Source: Octopus sinensis
Taxonomy: Eukaryota
Assembly: GCF_006345805.1 (NCBI RefSeq)
Contig: NC_042999.1
Location: forward strand, 138,818,001-138,882,000
DNA: 64,000 bases
Direction of reading: 5' to 3'
The first letter of the stretch is position 1. Each line of letters begins with the position of its first letter. A model generated the notes under the pieces. That model made no database searches, was not told where the DNA came from, and worked only from the letters and a program-made list of their open reading frames with translations. The translations under genes and the position numbers were made by a program. Below are positions 15,151 to 28,786 of this stretch, piece after piece.

Positions 15151-17664
15151 TAGATAGATAGATAGGTAGATAGATAGATAGAAAGAATAGGCAAAAATGA
15201 ATGTGAGAAGTATATGAGAAGGAAGAGCAAGTGAGTGTTAGAAAATAACATTTACAGTACGGATGATAAAAGAAGCCTTGATTGGGAGACGCGAGGAAGA
15301 CAGAGAGAAGACCAGGAGAAAAAAAAGGGAGGGGGGAAAGAAATGATAATGATACGATGTGATTAGGAGAAAACCCCCATAGTGTTCAGCCCTCGCTGTC
15401 TTCCCCCATCCCCATTAAGGTGCACCTCACAGTAGGAAACATTATCTTACATCCACCAACGTCTACCCCCACCCGTTGACTGTTGTGAGACATCTCAAGT
15501 TTCCAGGTTTCTTAAGAATTACTACAGTTGGCCTTCTATAAACTCTTAACTACTGATATCTTAAAACTGAGCAGCAGCAACATCATCAACGTCTACAACT
15601 GCAGCTGCAGCAACAGATACAGTTTCAATAGCAACAACAGTGTTCTAGTAGTTTTCTCATAATTCACACGGCACAATATGGAAGGATCAGTTTTAACATG
15701 GTTTCCGTTAGAAATATCAATGACTTTCTCTTTAATCCCTCACTCACCAAGCATCTTAAAAATGAAATGGTCACATTTTTAAAAGGACCAAAGTGGAAAT
15801 ACTTTTCCGTATGCCTACTCATGTAGGACGGACCTGGTTTTACAATGCAAGTAACAACTAAATTCACCCCGAACTACATCATCACTAGACCTGCTGTAAG
15901 TAGCAGCCAAATCCATCTCAAAACACACACTACTGTTGTAAACTGGAATAGCATGCAAGATAAGTTTTATACAAGACATACAAACATGGCTGCAGGGCTG
16001 ATGCTGGGATATTCAGGGTCCTAAGACCAGACCCAAGACCAGTCCTACAATGTGCGCCTCCTCTCCCAGCCCGTCAATGACCTCTTCTTCTTCCAGATGA
16101 ACATTCATTTTGTGTCCTCTAACAACTAATTCTACAAATTCCTCTGCCTAGCACCCCCTTTACACCAGCTGAATGCAGGTGAAAGATAATTGTCTTATGC
16201 AAAATAAATATAGTATTATATTATCAGGCACATAGCGGAATGGATGAATCGGGTAAAATTTGAAATGCTCCACGCGATTTCGTGTATTTAGTTGATTAAG
16301 AAAATTTGTTCAAGTTGTACAGATTGTGAGCAGTAACCCTAGATTTTAGCGCTTTAGGCGGTTGCCTAGTTTGCTTAATGCATAACACCAACGCTATCAT
16401 AGACCTGTTTGGTCAGCGCACAACAACTATTAACGAAAAGTTAGTATTTTGCTGTATTCAGTTGGTACAATATTTTGAAAAGTGCACTGGACTAGTTTAT
16501 TTATGATTTATAATTTGATGCCCCACTTTTTAAAACTGAAATCCTCCCAAATTTCTGGCCTTGTGTTCATTCTAGATATTAACGTAGCTAGTTACGTCTA
16601 TTTCTACACTCTTAGTTGAAATGCCGGTGAAATTCACCGCACATGTCATTCTTCAGGAATAGGTGTCAATAAAATAAGTACTAGTAAAGTACACGAATCT
16701 ATATTATCAACTCAGTTCTCCTCCCTAAAATGAGAGCCTGTAGTTATATTTGAAAACCTTACTGTTGTATCATAAAAAGTAGAATGTCAAATAGAATCCC
16801 TTTTCTATATTTAGTTACGCCTAGTTGCGTTCTGAATTTAAATCCCACCAGAGTTGACTGTGCCTTTATTCCCCCCGTCCTGGGTCGATAAAATAAGAGT
16901 TAGTCAGGTACCAGAATAGATTAGATTAACTACACTTCTTCAGCAAATTGTGGCATTGTGCCAAAGCTAGAAATTATTATTATTATTATTATTATTGTCT
17001 ACTGACACATTCAGATATGACTAAAATTTGCTCCGTGATTCCAGCATTTCGAGTGTAACTGAAGGAATTAATTTTCAGTTTGGATTTTATTTTACTTAGA
17101 GACTTTTATTGAATATTTTTTGGAGGTTTACTTAGTATTGGAGTAAGATAACAAAACCCGTTTATAAATTTTCTATTAAATAATTCCATTTTTCTTTCAT
17201 TGCATAACTTTTAGGTGAATAATGGTTTCATATTACAGGGGAACCAACCTCGGAAGAAATTATACTTAACAGAGCAAAACATTCCCCAAATAGGGGCATA
17301 ACAGACATGTTAAACAACAACACATAGTCAAACGAAAGAGTGGTGAACACTAATCATATCCCATGCACTAATCCTAACCAATAGTTTGAAAGTGTACTTT
17401 TAAATAAGAAAGCCTAGACATTTTGCTGAAAGGATTAAAGCCCGAAGGCATTTTATTCATAAGACAGATGCTAGCCTGTAAAAATCTATCAGAAATCACA
17501 AGGGCTTTCCTTGTCCTGTCCAGGTGAAAACTGGAGGCTGCTCTCGCAGCCATTTTGAATGATTTTTTCAACATTTGGAGAGTGGGATGTATGGTACCAT
17601 ATGCGTCATCATTATAACAGAATGTAGGGCTGAAACGCAAGCCCAAATAGTATGGAACATGATT

Positions 17665-17940
17665 GTCTCAGCGCATAGTTGTGCATTATCAGCCAAGGCA
17701 TGCCCACCCCTCCGCACAGTGAATGTTGCTAGCAATTGGGATACTCGACCAATGGAACTCGATACGTTTTGCTTATATCCACATTGACACATTGGCACGA
17801 TTGGATTTCCCGAATGTGCCAATGTAGTAACGAACAAGCCATATCGAGTTCCATTGGCCAGGGGCTCCAATTACTACAAATACTCGCTGCGTGGAAAGCA
17901 GGCACGCCGTAGCTGATGATGTGCAACCATGAACTGTGAC
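17665..17940. repeat. Diverged palindrome: two ~128-bp arms with a 21-bp spacer
   Basis: 17665-17792 versus the reverse complement of 17814-17940: about 88/128 identical with one gap and a perfect 16-bp core. Confidence 0.85.
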
Positions 17941-18245
17941 TGGACATCTCCAGCAATTCTTTGACAGTGAGCAGGTATGGTTGCCATTTATCAGTCGCGT
18001 TTTTCCACTGCTTGTCTCTGACAGAAAAAGATCTACAGTTCTGGTGCAATGATTTTAATGTCTGGCGATCTGATAATTGGATTATTATTATTATTATTAT
18101 AATTATTATTGTAGCCTACTAAGATAATATTTTTTTAATTGTTGTTTCGAAGATGTGTTCAAAAGCATGAACTTAACAGCAAAAAGCCGGCCAGGGAGAA
18201 AATTGTGAGGTGATAGCTGTTACTCAAGGTTTTCTCTTCAATTAG

Positions 18246-18911
18246 AAACGACCATCCCAGTTTGAGAAGAGTAGAAGCACGAAAAGTTTGCCGAACAACA
18301 ACACAGCAAGCAGCAGCAACAACAGCAATAACATAACATGTAAAGCCAGCACCACCACCACCATAAACAAAAACACAATAACACCAACCGGAACAAAAGC
18401 ATCTGTCAAAAAGTCTACCCCCCCCAAACCAAAAAAAAAAACGAAAAAAAAAACCAAAACAAAAATCAAAACCCACAAAAAGCAAAGAAAAGGTGCAGCA
18501 TGTCCAACATCGCCGCTACCCCCTTGATCGCGAGCGACCAGTTTTCCACAGCACAGAAATATCGCCACTCCCACCACTTTAGCGGCAATGGCAGTAGTAA
18601 ACAACTACACCACCTGCACCAGCTCCATAATACGTAAACCAGCTCTCATAGAAAACAACACCACCAAATTTGGACAAAAGATATGCTCCTATACGATAGG
18701 TGAATGCAGCCAAATCGCTTCCCAAAACGAAAGCATTAACAACAATGGTCTCCTTGGTCTTTCCTGTTCCATACATCGCATACAAAGGTCTTGTGAAAGA
18801 CAGAGAAATCAAAGAATAAACCAAGACTTTGAAAAATATGATAGTTCGAGCGGTTCCTTTACAACAATACAATATCCACAACGCATTTGCAGTATTAGTA
18901 CTAACAGTTAG
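18246..18911 (+). other. Candidate exon or ORF: 222-codon frame with one internal TGA; coding status doubtful
   Basis: Begins after ttttctcttcaattag and is open except for TGA at 18525-18527; AATAAA at 18958-18963. No recognised domain, and the strand is T-poor. Confidence 0.25.
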
Positions 18912-20471
18912 ATTTGGGATATTTGAGTGAACTACAGAAGAAATCCATTCTATTGATAATAAAACCTACAAAATTATGACATCATTCGGAAGCTTCCACA
19001 GAAATAATGACGTTGACTGGATCTTTCTCTCTCTCTCTCTAAGAAAATGATAGAGAAAGGGCTTAAATTAGCCCACACTGTTACATTCACCAGATGTTCG
19101 AGAGTGAAGAGAAGAGTAAACTCCTTAGGAAGCACATAATTCCAGAACTGGTCCACGCAACCTTACAATTACCTTCATCAACAAAGACCTGAAGCATTTC
19201 CTTTGGAAACTTGAGAATGATGTCAATATGTAGGGTAAGTCAAGCGCCTCTTGAATTCGTGATACATCACAAGTCATTTCGAGGGTTATATTTTTGCTTT
19301 CCAAGAGCCAGGGTTATCAAATACATACTGAGCAAAACAAGAGATAGTACATCTCTCAACCATATCGCTGAAAGCCATTGAAAATATCAAATTATGTCAT
19401 ATATCTGCTGAATATTTTGCACGGTATCAGCTGCTGTCCAAATTGCCATCTAGATAATATCTTCACATGCAGTATGATGTTACTAAAATAATATACGGTG
19501 ATATCCGTCGAAAAAACTGTCCTGGGATTATTATTAAAGAAAACATTCAAGACGTAGAGTACATGCATACTTTTCCAGTAAAACTCAGTTAATGCAAACA
19601 CAGTACGCCTGATATAGTTGCTTGAGACAGAAAATAATAAAAGAAAAAAGTTGTTACGGACATCGGTCTCTCAGAGTGGAATGAGAATATGTTTTTCAAA
19701 ATCAGTAGGAACACCTGCTTCGAAATCTACAACTTCTCTACTCAGATTTATATTTCTCATTCATATCTACAACTCCTGGCACAATGTCTTTTTTTAATTA
19801 AGTGTCTATGTAATAAAACCTGTTGCTTTTACATGTTAACACTTCCATCTGCGTAGTACATATTGTCCACAAAATTTCAGTTAGCTAATGTCATTGGAGT
19901 TATCACATTTGCTTATTGCTTTTAGATTTTAGCCACCCCTACAGAGTTTTTGTTCGGGTTTCCTGCCAAAGAAAGAGAACATGCACGCGCGTGCGCGTGG
20001 AATACGTACACACACACATACACACATATATATATAGAGGAGGACTATCACAGGAAAATAAAGAGAGACAGATTTGTTCTATCGATAGTTAGTGCCATGT
20101 TTGGCTATGTAGACAAAATGTTTTTGTTATTCTAAGTTTATTGTAATAAACAACAAACAGCAGAATAACAAATGTATAAATATCTATGACATTTATATCA
20201 CATAATAAAATGATTAGGAAGAGAGTCACTGGTAATTTTTGTACGATCTGTAGGCGTCAGGTAGTTGACAACTAATTACGAACGATTTGTTTTGAGCGAG
20301 TGTGTGATTATGCGCATCCGAGTTGTATGTGCATCACCTTTCACTTTCTATCACATTCTCTTCCTTCCTTCCCTCTCCTCATCTCTCTCTCATTTCTCTT
20401 AAGCATGTCTCCCCATGTATTAAAATAATTTTTTGCTCTTTTGACTGTCAGCTGTTTCGGCTGCGCATGTG

Positions 20472-20612
20472 CACAAGCAAACTGACGTTATTTTTGCAAT
20501 TTCCTGCAATACAAATGTGTATATATGATGCCTGCAGACATGCGTGCGCACGCTTGTAATAGGGGCATGAGTTTCTTCAGGAAATTGCAAAAATAACGTC
20601 AGTTTGCTTGTG
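20472..20612. mobile_element. 141-bp MITE-like element with perfect 35-bp terminal inverted repeats
   Basis: 20472-20506 is the exact reverse complement of 20578-20612. Flanks are TG and TA. Confidence 0.65.
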
Positions 20613-20663
20613 TATATATGTATATACACGGTATCCGCTTAGATAATCTATCCCTATCAACTC

Positions 20664-20751
<88 letters not shown>

Positions 20752-21428
20752 TTAGATGTTTCGACCAGAGATTAGTCCAGGCCATGTCTAACTTAATAGC
20801 ACCACACAAACACACGGTATCCGCTTAGTTAATCAATCCCTCTAAACTCATTATATATATATATACACACTTTAATGTTCCGTTAAGATGAGCTCAACAA
20901 AAAAGTGCTCCATCTAGTGAGAGATAAATGTCATTTAATATACACAGTATAAAGAGGAAAGCTACTAATAGTTCTTTTGCCATGAAGACATGTGACTAGG
21001 CAGGTTTTTATAACCTGCCTTGTGTCTCCATCTCCAAGCAATCTCCGGGCTCTGAACACATAGTCTATTCTATTTGAAAATCAGTACGCTTGTAAATGGG
21101 AAACCACGAGGAAAAGAAACGAGAAGATTGATGCAAAAGTGGGAGGATGAATAAAAACGGGAAAAGAAAAGAATGGATATTAAAGTTACGTACTCTTAAT
21201 TAAACTAGTTGTCGAATTATTCAACGGAGAGAGGTCCAAAGTCTACGAGACAGCTATTCAATTCGGAGAAGGTGGTGTCCTCCAGTTCACTAAAAGAAAT
21301 TTGTCCTTATACTTGCACTTGCTGAAAATATCGGATCTGAAATTAAGTAGCATGGTGGAATTCTCGGATCTAAAAAGAATGTGCGGTCCGGTTGGGAACA
21401 TTTATTCTTCGTGGCTTGGAAATAGCGT

Positions 21429-21553
<125 letters not shown>

Positions 21554-22764
21554 ATGTATGTATGTATGTATGTATATAAATCTCTGTTGTTTCACCAGAA
21601 GTGATAAAATATCCGACTCCATACACACGTAGAGTATTCTTTAATACATTGTAACTGAATGGCTCCGATAACCAGTACTCAGAATTACTCCTTTCCGATC
21701 ATTAGCTGACAAACCGAACCTGGTCTTCTTTGGAAATATTCAGTTTGAATATCTTTTAAAATATGGAACGAAAGTTTGAAGAAAATTCGGATATTTGTGG
21801 TTTTTGCCACTGTTTACAATTATCTGTAAAAAAATATTTTTTATGTATCATATAGATGTAATTTTTGAAGCTGAATCCCAATTTGTTATTCATTTATTCC
21901 AGAAAAATTTTGCAAAAATGTTACAGGTGTTCAAAGTTTGATAATTTTCAGAATTTTCAGCCAATCAGAAAACAGTGTGTTCGCTGCCTCTTCTGTCATC
22001 AGGGGGTAGGGTGGGGGCATAAGCATGTCAAAATATTAAACTAAAATTGTTGAGTGTGAGTTCTATCTGTTATGAAAACAAACAATTATAAAATAAGTGG
22101 TGGTTACACTCCTTGTGCACATGCGTAACATCTTTGGTTACTATGGAAGCAGAGTTCATCCCAATCAGCTTCTTTGCTTTGGTTGCTATAGAAACAGATT
22201 TCTTCGCCACGGTGATGTCTAAAATACTCGCTTCCGATAGACTAAACCCCACAAATTTTGCAAATTTTAAAGGTTAAAAACTTTTCAATTATGGAATTAA
22301 AGGGAAAATGAATTTCATTTTCATAACTGGTATATAAAACTTAATCCATATGCCAAATTTGAAGACAATTGGAACAAAATTGTAAACAGTGATGAAAACC
22401 ACAAAGATCCGAAAACTCTTATCATTATGTTCTGTTTGAAAACTTTTGTGAACGAAGTGCGAAAACGACTGCTTCATCCTCATGCTTTTGATTTTCTTTC
22501 CTGGTTCTCGTAGTAATATTATTATAAACATCGTAAACTCCATTTCAAGCGAAGCGATGAAATTGCTTTGCTGTTTAAGAAATGTTCCAAAATATTACTT
22601 TGAAATAATACTTTCAATTCATGTTTTTTTACAAACAATGTGAGTGTTCATTTTGCACTCGTCCGTGCAGACGCATACATATACAGATATGCACATTCAT
22701 ACACACACATATTCACAGAATTATATATTCACAATTACATATACACATATGCATATATATATAT

Positions 22765-22990
22765 AATTTCTTTACTGCCCATAAGGGGCTACACACAGAG
22801 GGGACAAACAAGAACAAACAAACGGATTAAGGCGATTATATCGACCCCAGTGCGTAACTGGTACTTATTTAATCGATCCCGAAAGGATGAAAGGCAAAGT
22901 CGACCTCGGCGGAATTTGAACTCAAAACGTAGCGGCAGACGAAATACTGCTAAGCATTCCGCCTGGCGTGCTAACGTTTTTGCCAGATCG
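22765..22990 (-). mobile_element. SINE family B monomer
   Basis: Same body and head as other family B copies. Further copies or fragments lie at ~13612-13761, 30140-30290, 30555-30755, 40008-40232, 41680-41990 and 42250-42400. Confidence 0.85.
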
Positions 22991-23170
22991 CCCAGAACGA
23001 AGTTCAATGTTTTCAAACGAAAAGATGAGCATTTTCTTCACATTTTCATTTCATATTTCAGAAAAGTATTCAGACAGCAGATATTTCAAAAGAAAACCCG
23101 GCTTGGTTTACCAGCTGATGATCGGAAACAAGTAACTCTGAGTACTGGAAATCGGAGCCTTTCAGTTATA

Positions 23171-23205
<35 letters not shown>

Positions 23206-23296
23206 AACCAAACGCTATCATTAAGATGACATGATAGTGCTTGTAAGCTACTTGTCTACCTACTTACCTACCTAACTAGCGACCTACTTGCTTACA

Positions 23297-23358
<62 letters not shown>

Positions 23359-23430
23359 TCTACCTGTCTATATCTATCTATGCATGCATACATGTATGTA
23401 TGTATGTATGTATGTATGTATGTATGTATG

Positions 23431-23483
<53 letters not shown>

Positions 23484-23512
23484 CTCTATCTCTCTATCTC
23501 TCTATCTCTCTC

Positions 23513-23548
<36 letters not shown>

Positions 23549-24464
23549 ACATAGTAAAAGTAAACTTTCACACAAATGTAAGTTATTGTCAACATTAAGC
23601 ACAATCTAATGTAGGCATAACTATTCACACGTACTATATACACACATATTCATACATACACATACGAGTGTAAGTGCGCGAACGCGCGTGTTGGTATGAA
23701 TGTGTACGTACATGCATGTACGATTACTGAGAGCCACAGAGATGAATTATAATCGCTGGGGAGTAGGTTTATTCAGGTATTCAGAAGGGAAACATGGGAA
23801 GTGACTTGATGAGAAACATAGATGTGATGAACTAAAATAGTTGTATTATCATTTGCGAGATAGGGAGAAATATCACGTCTTAAGAGGCATCTCTTCATGA
23901 GTTCTACATAATCTAATATATTATCCTTGATATCTTGAGGAGTTAGAAGTTTGCTTGGAAGCCACTTTATTTGTTGTCTCTCACATTGGTAAATAACCTA
24001 GATATTTTGATGTTTTATAACGTAACATTCCAAAGTGATAATTATAGTAGCGTTATTAGAGACAGAAAAGACAGTTTTATGTAATGCTGCTAGTTTGTCT
24101 GTGCATCATTGGAAGCTTGTGTACATTTGTGAAACAATGTGTGAGCGTGTGTGTGTATGTGTGTGTGAAGTCACATTGTCTACTGTTTAAGATTTTTGGC
24201 TTACGATCAAAATATCGTGGGTTCAAACCCTGGACTGGGTGGTGCGTTGTATCCTTGAGCAGAGCGCTTCATTTCAAGTTGTTCCAGTCAACTCAGCTGT
24301 AAATAAATACCAGCAGAATGCTATTGCAGCTGTGCGACTGGATCAAAGAGTGAGAGAACCGAAAAGTAGTCTAAGACTGTTCACTACTACAGGCACCCTC
24401 AAAATATTGGCAAAAGCATGGTACATGTTACCAAGTCATTCTCATTCGTGAGTGATGGCTAGTT

Positions 24465-24520
<56 letters not shown>

Positions 24521-25061
24521 AAGTTTAGGTTAGTTAAAATATGTTTGTAACAAATTTCAACTGCAGTTACCGTAGAGAAAATTTTTCTCTTATGGTAAAA
24601 AAGTGTATAAACACTATATCTGTTCAGTGTTGCCACCCACCAGGATTCTCAGACATCGATGTTTGCAGCTCCTTGGCTTTTATCAATGGGAGATACCTAA
24701 GAGAGACAACTCTGAACAGATTGTATAAAGCTATAGCTATAAGTAAACTACAGTCAAAACGCAGGCTGACATGTGCCAGTAGACCGCCAGGTCGTGAAAA
24801 TTACCGAATTATTAGCCCTAAGCAAAGTTTAAATTAGTTAAAACATGTTTGTGACGTATTTCAACTGCTAGAAAGCAAATTCACTGCAGTTACAATAGAT
24901 AAGAATTTTCTCTTACGGAAAGATGATGTAAAAATCTCCTCATTACCGCCATGTATGTATGTATGTATGTATGTATGTATGTATGTATGTATGTATGTAT
25001 GTATGTATGTATGTATGTATGTATGTGTGTATGTGTGTATGTGTGTGTGTGTGTATGTGTG

Positions 25062-25093
<32 letters not shown>

Positions 25094-26074
25094 ATATTCT
25101 AACACTTCATCTGTCACTATACTAAGTTTGCTGTTGCTTTCATACTATCACGTTCGTGAAGCAGATTAAATGTCGTGTACGTAAGTATATACATACATAG
25201 ATACATACTCACGCACAAACGCAGATATATATACGTACATACGCACAAACGCAGGTATACATACATATATGTGTGTGTATGTGTGTGTGTGTGTATCGAG
25301 AACTGGTTTTTGTTGAAACATAATTGAAAACACGATCATACCCCATTTAAACTTCCAGGAGAAATGAACAGTCTTAAAACCTTGGATTATTTCTAACAGG
25401 TCGTGTGACTGCTGTATAGTGACTCCATTTTTAAGTCATATACTTTTATTATTGCTTACTTGTGTTTGTATAAGTTTATTTTCTTTTTTATCCAGGAAAG
25501 AATAAAGTTTAATCATCCATTGCTGATACTGTAGCATCGATCCAAAAAGAAATGGAAGATAGGATCGATCTTTCGAAAGGAAGGAATCAAATTATTGATA
25601 TACATTTAGTAAGGCAGAGGAGAAATACAGCGTTAGAAGTGCCGGACTGAATGGTTTATAGTATTTAGTTTTTTTTTTTCTCATTTCTGAGATAAAATTC
25701 CATCTGTGTCAACTCAGCTAATTCTAACCATCGATAAAATAAATCTCAATATTGCAATGATGTAATTTCTGAAATTTCTATCAAAAATATTGTCTTCTTT
25801 TTTCCACAATAATTTAAGTGGTTTAAAGACATTAATATTATTTTCTGGCATGAATTTAAATTATTATTAAGTTATTGAGAATGTTAAAAGTTGGAGTTTA
25901 TTACCTACTGAAAATATGCTTTACTGCGTTAGATAGAAATTTAGACATTTTATTATTGAAGTTTTCACAGATAAGCATTGCTGTACGACAAAAGAATCTT
26001 GGAGAAAACAAGAGAAAGAAAGAAGAAGAAGAAGAAGAAGAAGAAGAAGAAGAAGAAGAAGAAGAAGAAGAAGA

Positions 26075-26122
<48 letters not shown>

Positions 26123-28069
26123 ACAGTGCGATAGAAGGAATATTGGGGCTCGTTGCTATTGGATTTTGGTAACATGTAAAGACAACGATATTGGAAACTG
26201 TGCATAATTATCACGAAAACTAAAAACAAAATTGGCATTGTCTGTGATATGATCCTTAATTGAGTCACCGCTGAGAGGCACCAGCAATCATATTCATGAA
26301 GGCAACCCCTCAGGTCAATCAAGAACTTATTGAAAGTTATGCTAGTCTTTACTGACGCAAACAATAATTACATTGGTAACAACAGAATATTTCACTTCAG
26401 ATAATCGTATTATCCCTTAGAAAATTGACAACAACCATAACTATCTCAGTTCCTGGATAATTCCTAAATATATCAGCGAAAATCATATATTCGGCTGATA
26501 TCCATTTCAGATAATATTGTCTTGTTTCAATCTTTGATGTTACAATTCAGGATTAATAAATCCTTTCAGTTATTACAGCATTTAAAGATAAGTTAAATAT
26601 TATAATCACTAATTTGAGGCAGAAAAGGAAACAAGCAAAGTGTTGTTATGATTTAGCCACAGGTAAATATTACTTACGTAGCCCTATAATCGAAAACATC
26701 CCAACCATGATTACAACTTTTTAGTGGTATCTAAGACCTCATAACCTAATACGCATTTTCTTTTTTAAAGCGATATGGACTGACGAGGAAGCTTTGACTG
26801 TTATTTCTTGCAGATCAAGCGAACACGTAGAAACCTCGGACCGCGAGGCTCAAGTGGGGCTTGAGCGAAACTCGCGCTCTCGCCCACGTACACGTGGACG
26901 TAGGCGCTATCGATGCCGTCAGTCGCCGGGATAGGCGGCTATGTATCTGCAAATAACTTTCCCAACTTCCTATTCTCCAACAATTCAGCAAGTTTAAGTG
27001 GGCTATTACGCCTAGAAAACATAAAAGCGCCTCCAGTGTCCATTATTTAATATTGTCGGGCAAATCATTACATTAACGTATCGTAAGCAATAATCTTGTC
27101 TTTAGCAAATTAGCTGATGCAGATATATATTATTTACCAGTTTGGTAAGTATTTAATGGTGACCTTGTCACTGAAACATCAGAATTAACTGCTATCCACG
27201 ACACATGAACTTAGCCTTATTTACAAATGAATTTTATCAAGAGGTTTGTATGTTTCGGTTACAGACGCAAAACGTGACACATTAACTGGCCCTAACGATT
27301 TGGGTTACGGATAAAAATGAGATACCTTACAAAGATACTTGGATGTGTCTAATGTGCACGGCGGTTGAAACACATCAAAAATATGCTATACATTCATACA
27401 AACCAACCTACCTACCTATCTGCCTACCTACCTACCTACCTACCTACCTACCTACCTACCTACCTACCCACCTACCTACCTACCTACCTACCTACCTACC
27501 TACCTACCTACCTACCCACCTACCTACCTACCTACCTACCTACCTACCTACCTACATACATACATACATGCATACAAACATCATAAATTTAGATATATTA
27601 GAAACGTGTGTGTCTATTTTAGCCACTACGAATATCAACACTTGTTTAACTTATCTAACAACTTAATTACCGCATGTATAAAGAAGTTAAGACTTCTTAA
27701 ACAAGGAAATCTACAAGTAAGTGGGAAATGTGTCAAACAGCACTCAACCTAAGTCCAAACCCGATTTCCTTGGAAGATTTGAACTCAGAAGTAGGATAGA
27801 GCAATGTATTTAGCCCGGATCTCTGGCATTTCAGTCGTGTGTTGAAGTCAAACATTAGGTTCTGATATTTCAAAGAGGATAGAAACATAATAATAATAAT
27901 AACTACAAAATATCCGCCTTAGGACTGCAGAAATATCTAAGACAGAACCAAGGAAAACTGGTACAAATAGCCATAAAACATGAGCAACAATAAAATGATA
28001 AAAAAAAAAGAAGCTCATAATATCTGATAACTGTGGTAAAAATAAAGAAACGAAAAGGAGCATCGAAGC

Positions 28070-28719
28070 TGTAAAGCCACTGAATTATAAACTAAAACTA
28101 GAACAACAAAATACCATGCTGAAATGATGACAAGAAAACCCTTATATGGCAAATACTGAGATAAACTAAGCGGAAAGGAAATAAACAAAATAAAATTTCA
28201 ACATCGGTTGAAAAATTCGGGTTTCAAAGCAGAAAATGAAGGCTTTTAATTGCGGCACAAGATAAAAACCTCCTCACAGGAAACCGCCAACCACATACTG
28301 GGATATGCCAATGCACATAGACAGAGAGACCAGATATTGTCAGGGACCACTGAGAAAAGAAAACGCTCTCTAAATGACATATCAGTCCCAACAGATGACG
28401 ATTTATTTCTAAAAGAAATGGAGAAATATCTTCAGATACAAAGACCTAGATATAGAGATAACCCGAATGTGGGACCTGAAGACAGGGGTCCCTATATTAA
28501 TAAATGCATTAAGCAAGGTAATAAAAAAAAACATAGACAAATACATAACCAAAACACAAGGACTTACGAATATATAAAGCGTATAGACTATAGCACTGCT
28601 AGGCACTGCGCTCATCATACATAAAGTTCTTTGAATACAGTAAAAATAACATCATTAAAACTAGCCAAAGTACATATCCAAGGCATACAAAGCTGTGCTC
28701 GGTAGTGCAGTGAAAGTAC

Positions 28720-28763
<44 letters not shown>

Positions 28764-28786
28764 TAATAATAATAATAATAATAATA
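28070..28786 (+). mobile_element. Deleted R4/Dong-like element with (TAA)n tail
   Basis: RKPLYGKY, GFKAENEGF and ALLGTA remnants. The 3' UTR motif GCTCGGTAGTG(C/A)AGTGAAAG is shared with ~12880-13038, which also ends LGTAHILRKTL* followed by (AAT)n. Confidence 0.7.

Noticed and set aside
17374-18049. ORFs with C-x-C and ET..H...C patterns considered as a LINE C-terminal zinc knuckle or integrase
   Set aside because: Matches are marginal, and the apparent peptide similarity between strands is explained by the DNA palindrome.
21860-22560. Segment with CCAAT and X-box-like GTTGCTATAGAAAC motifs considered as a promoter
   Set aside because: There is no adjacent gene start; it more likely is an unclassified DNA-transposon relic whose ends I could not define.
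26778-26925. CTGACGA...CGAAAC suggestive of a hammerhead ribozyme; similar partial cores at ~23113, ~48698, ~60157 and ~62690
   Set aside because: Stems I and III and the NUH cleavage site could not be paired in any case.
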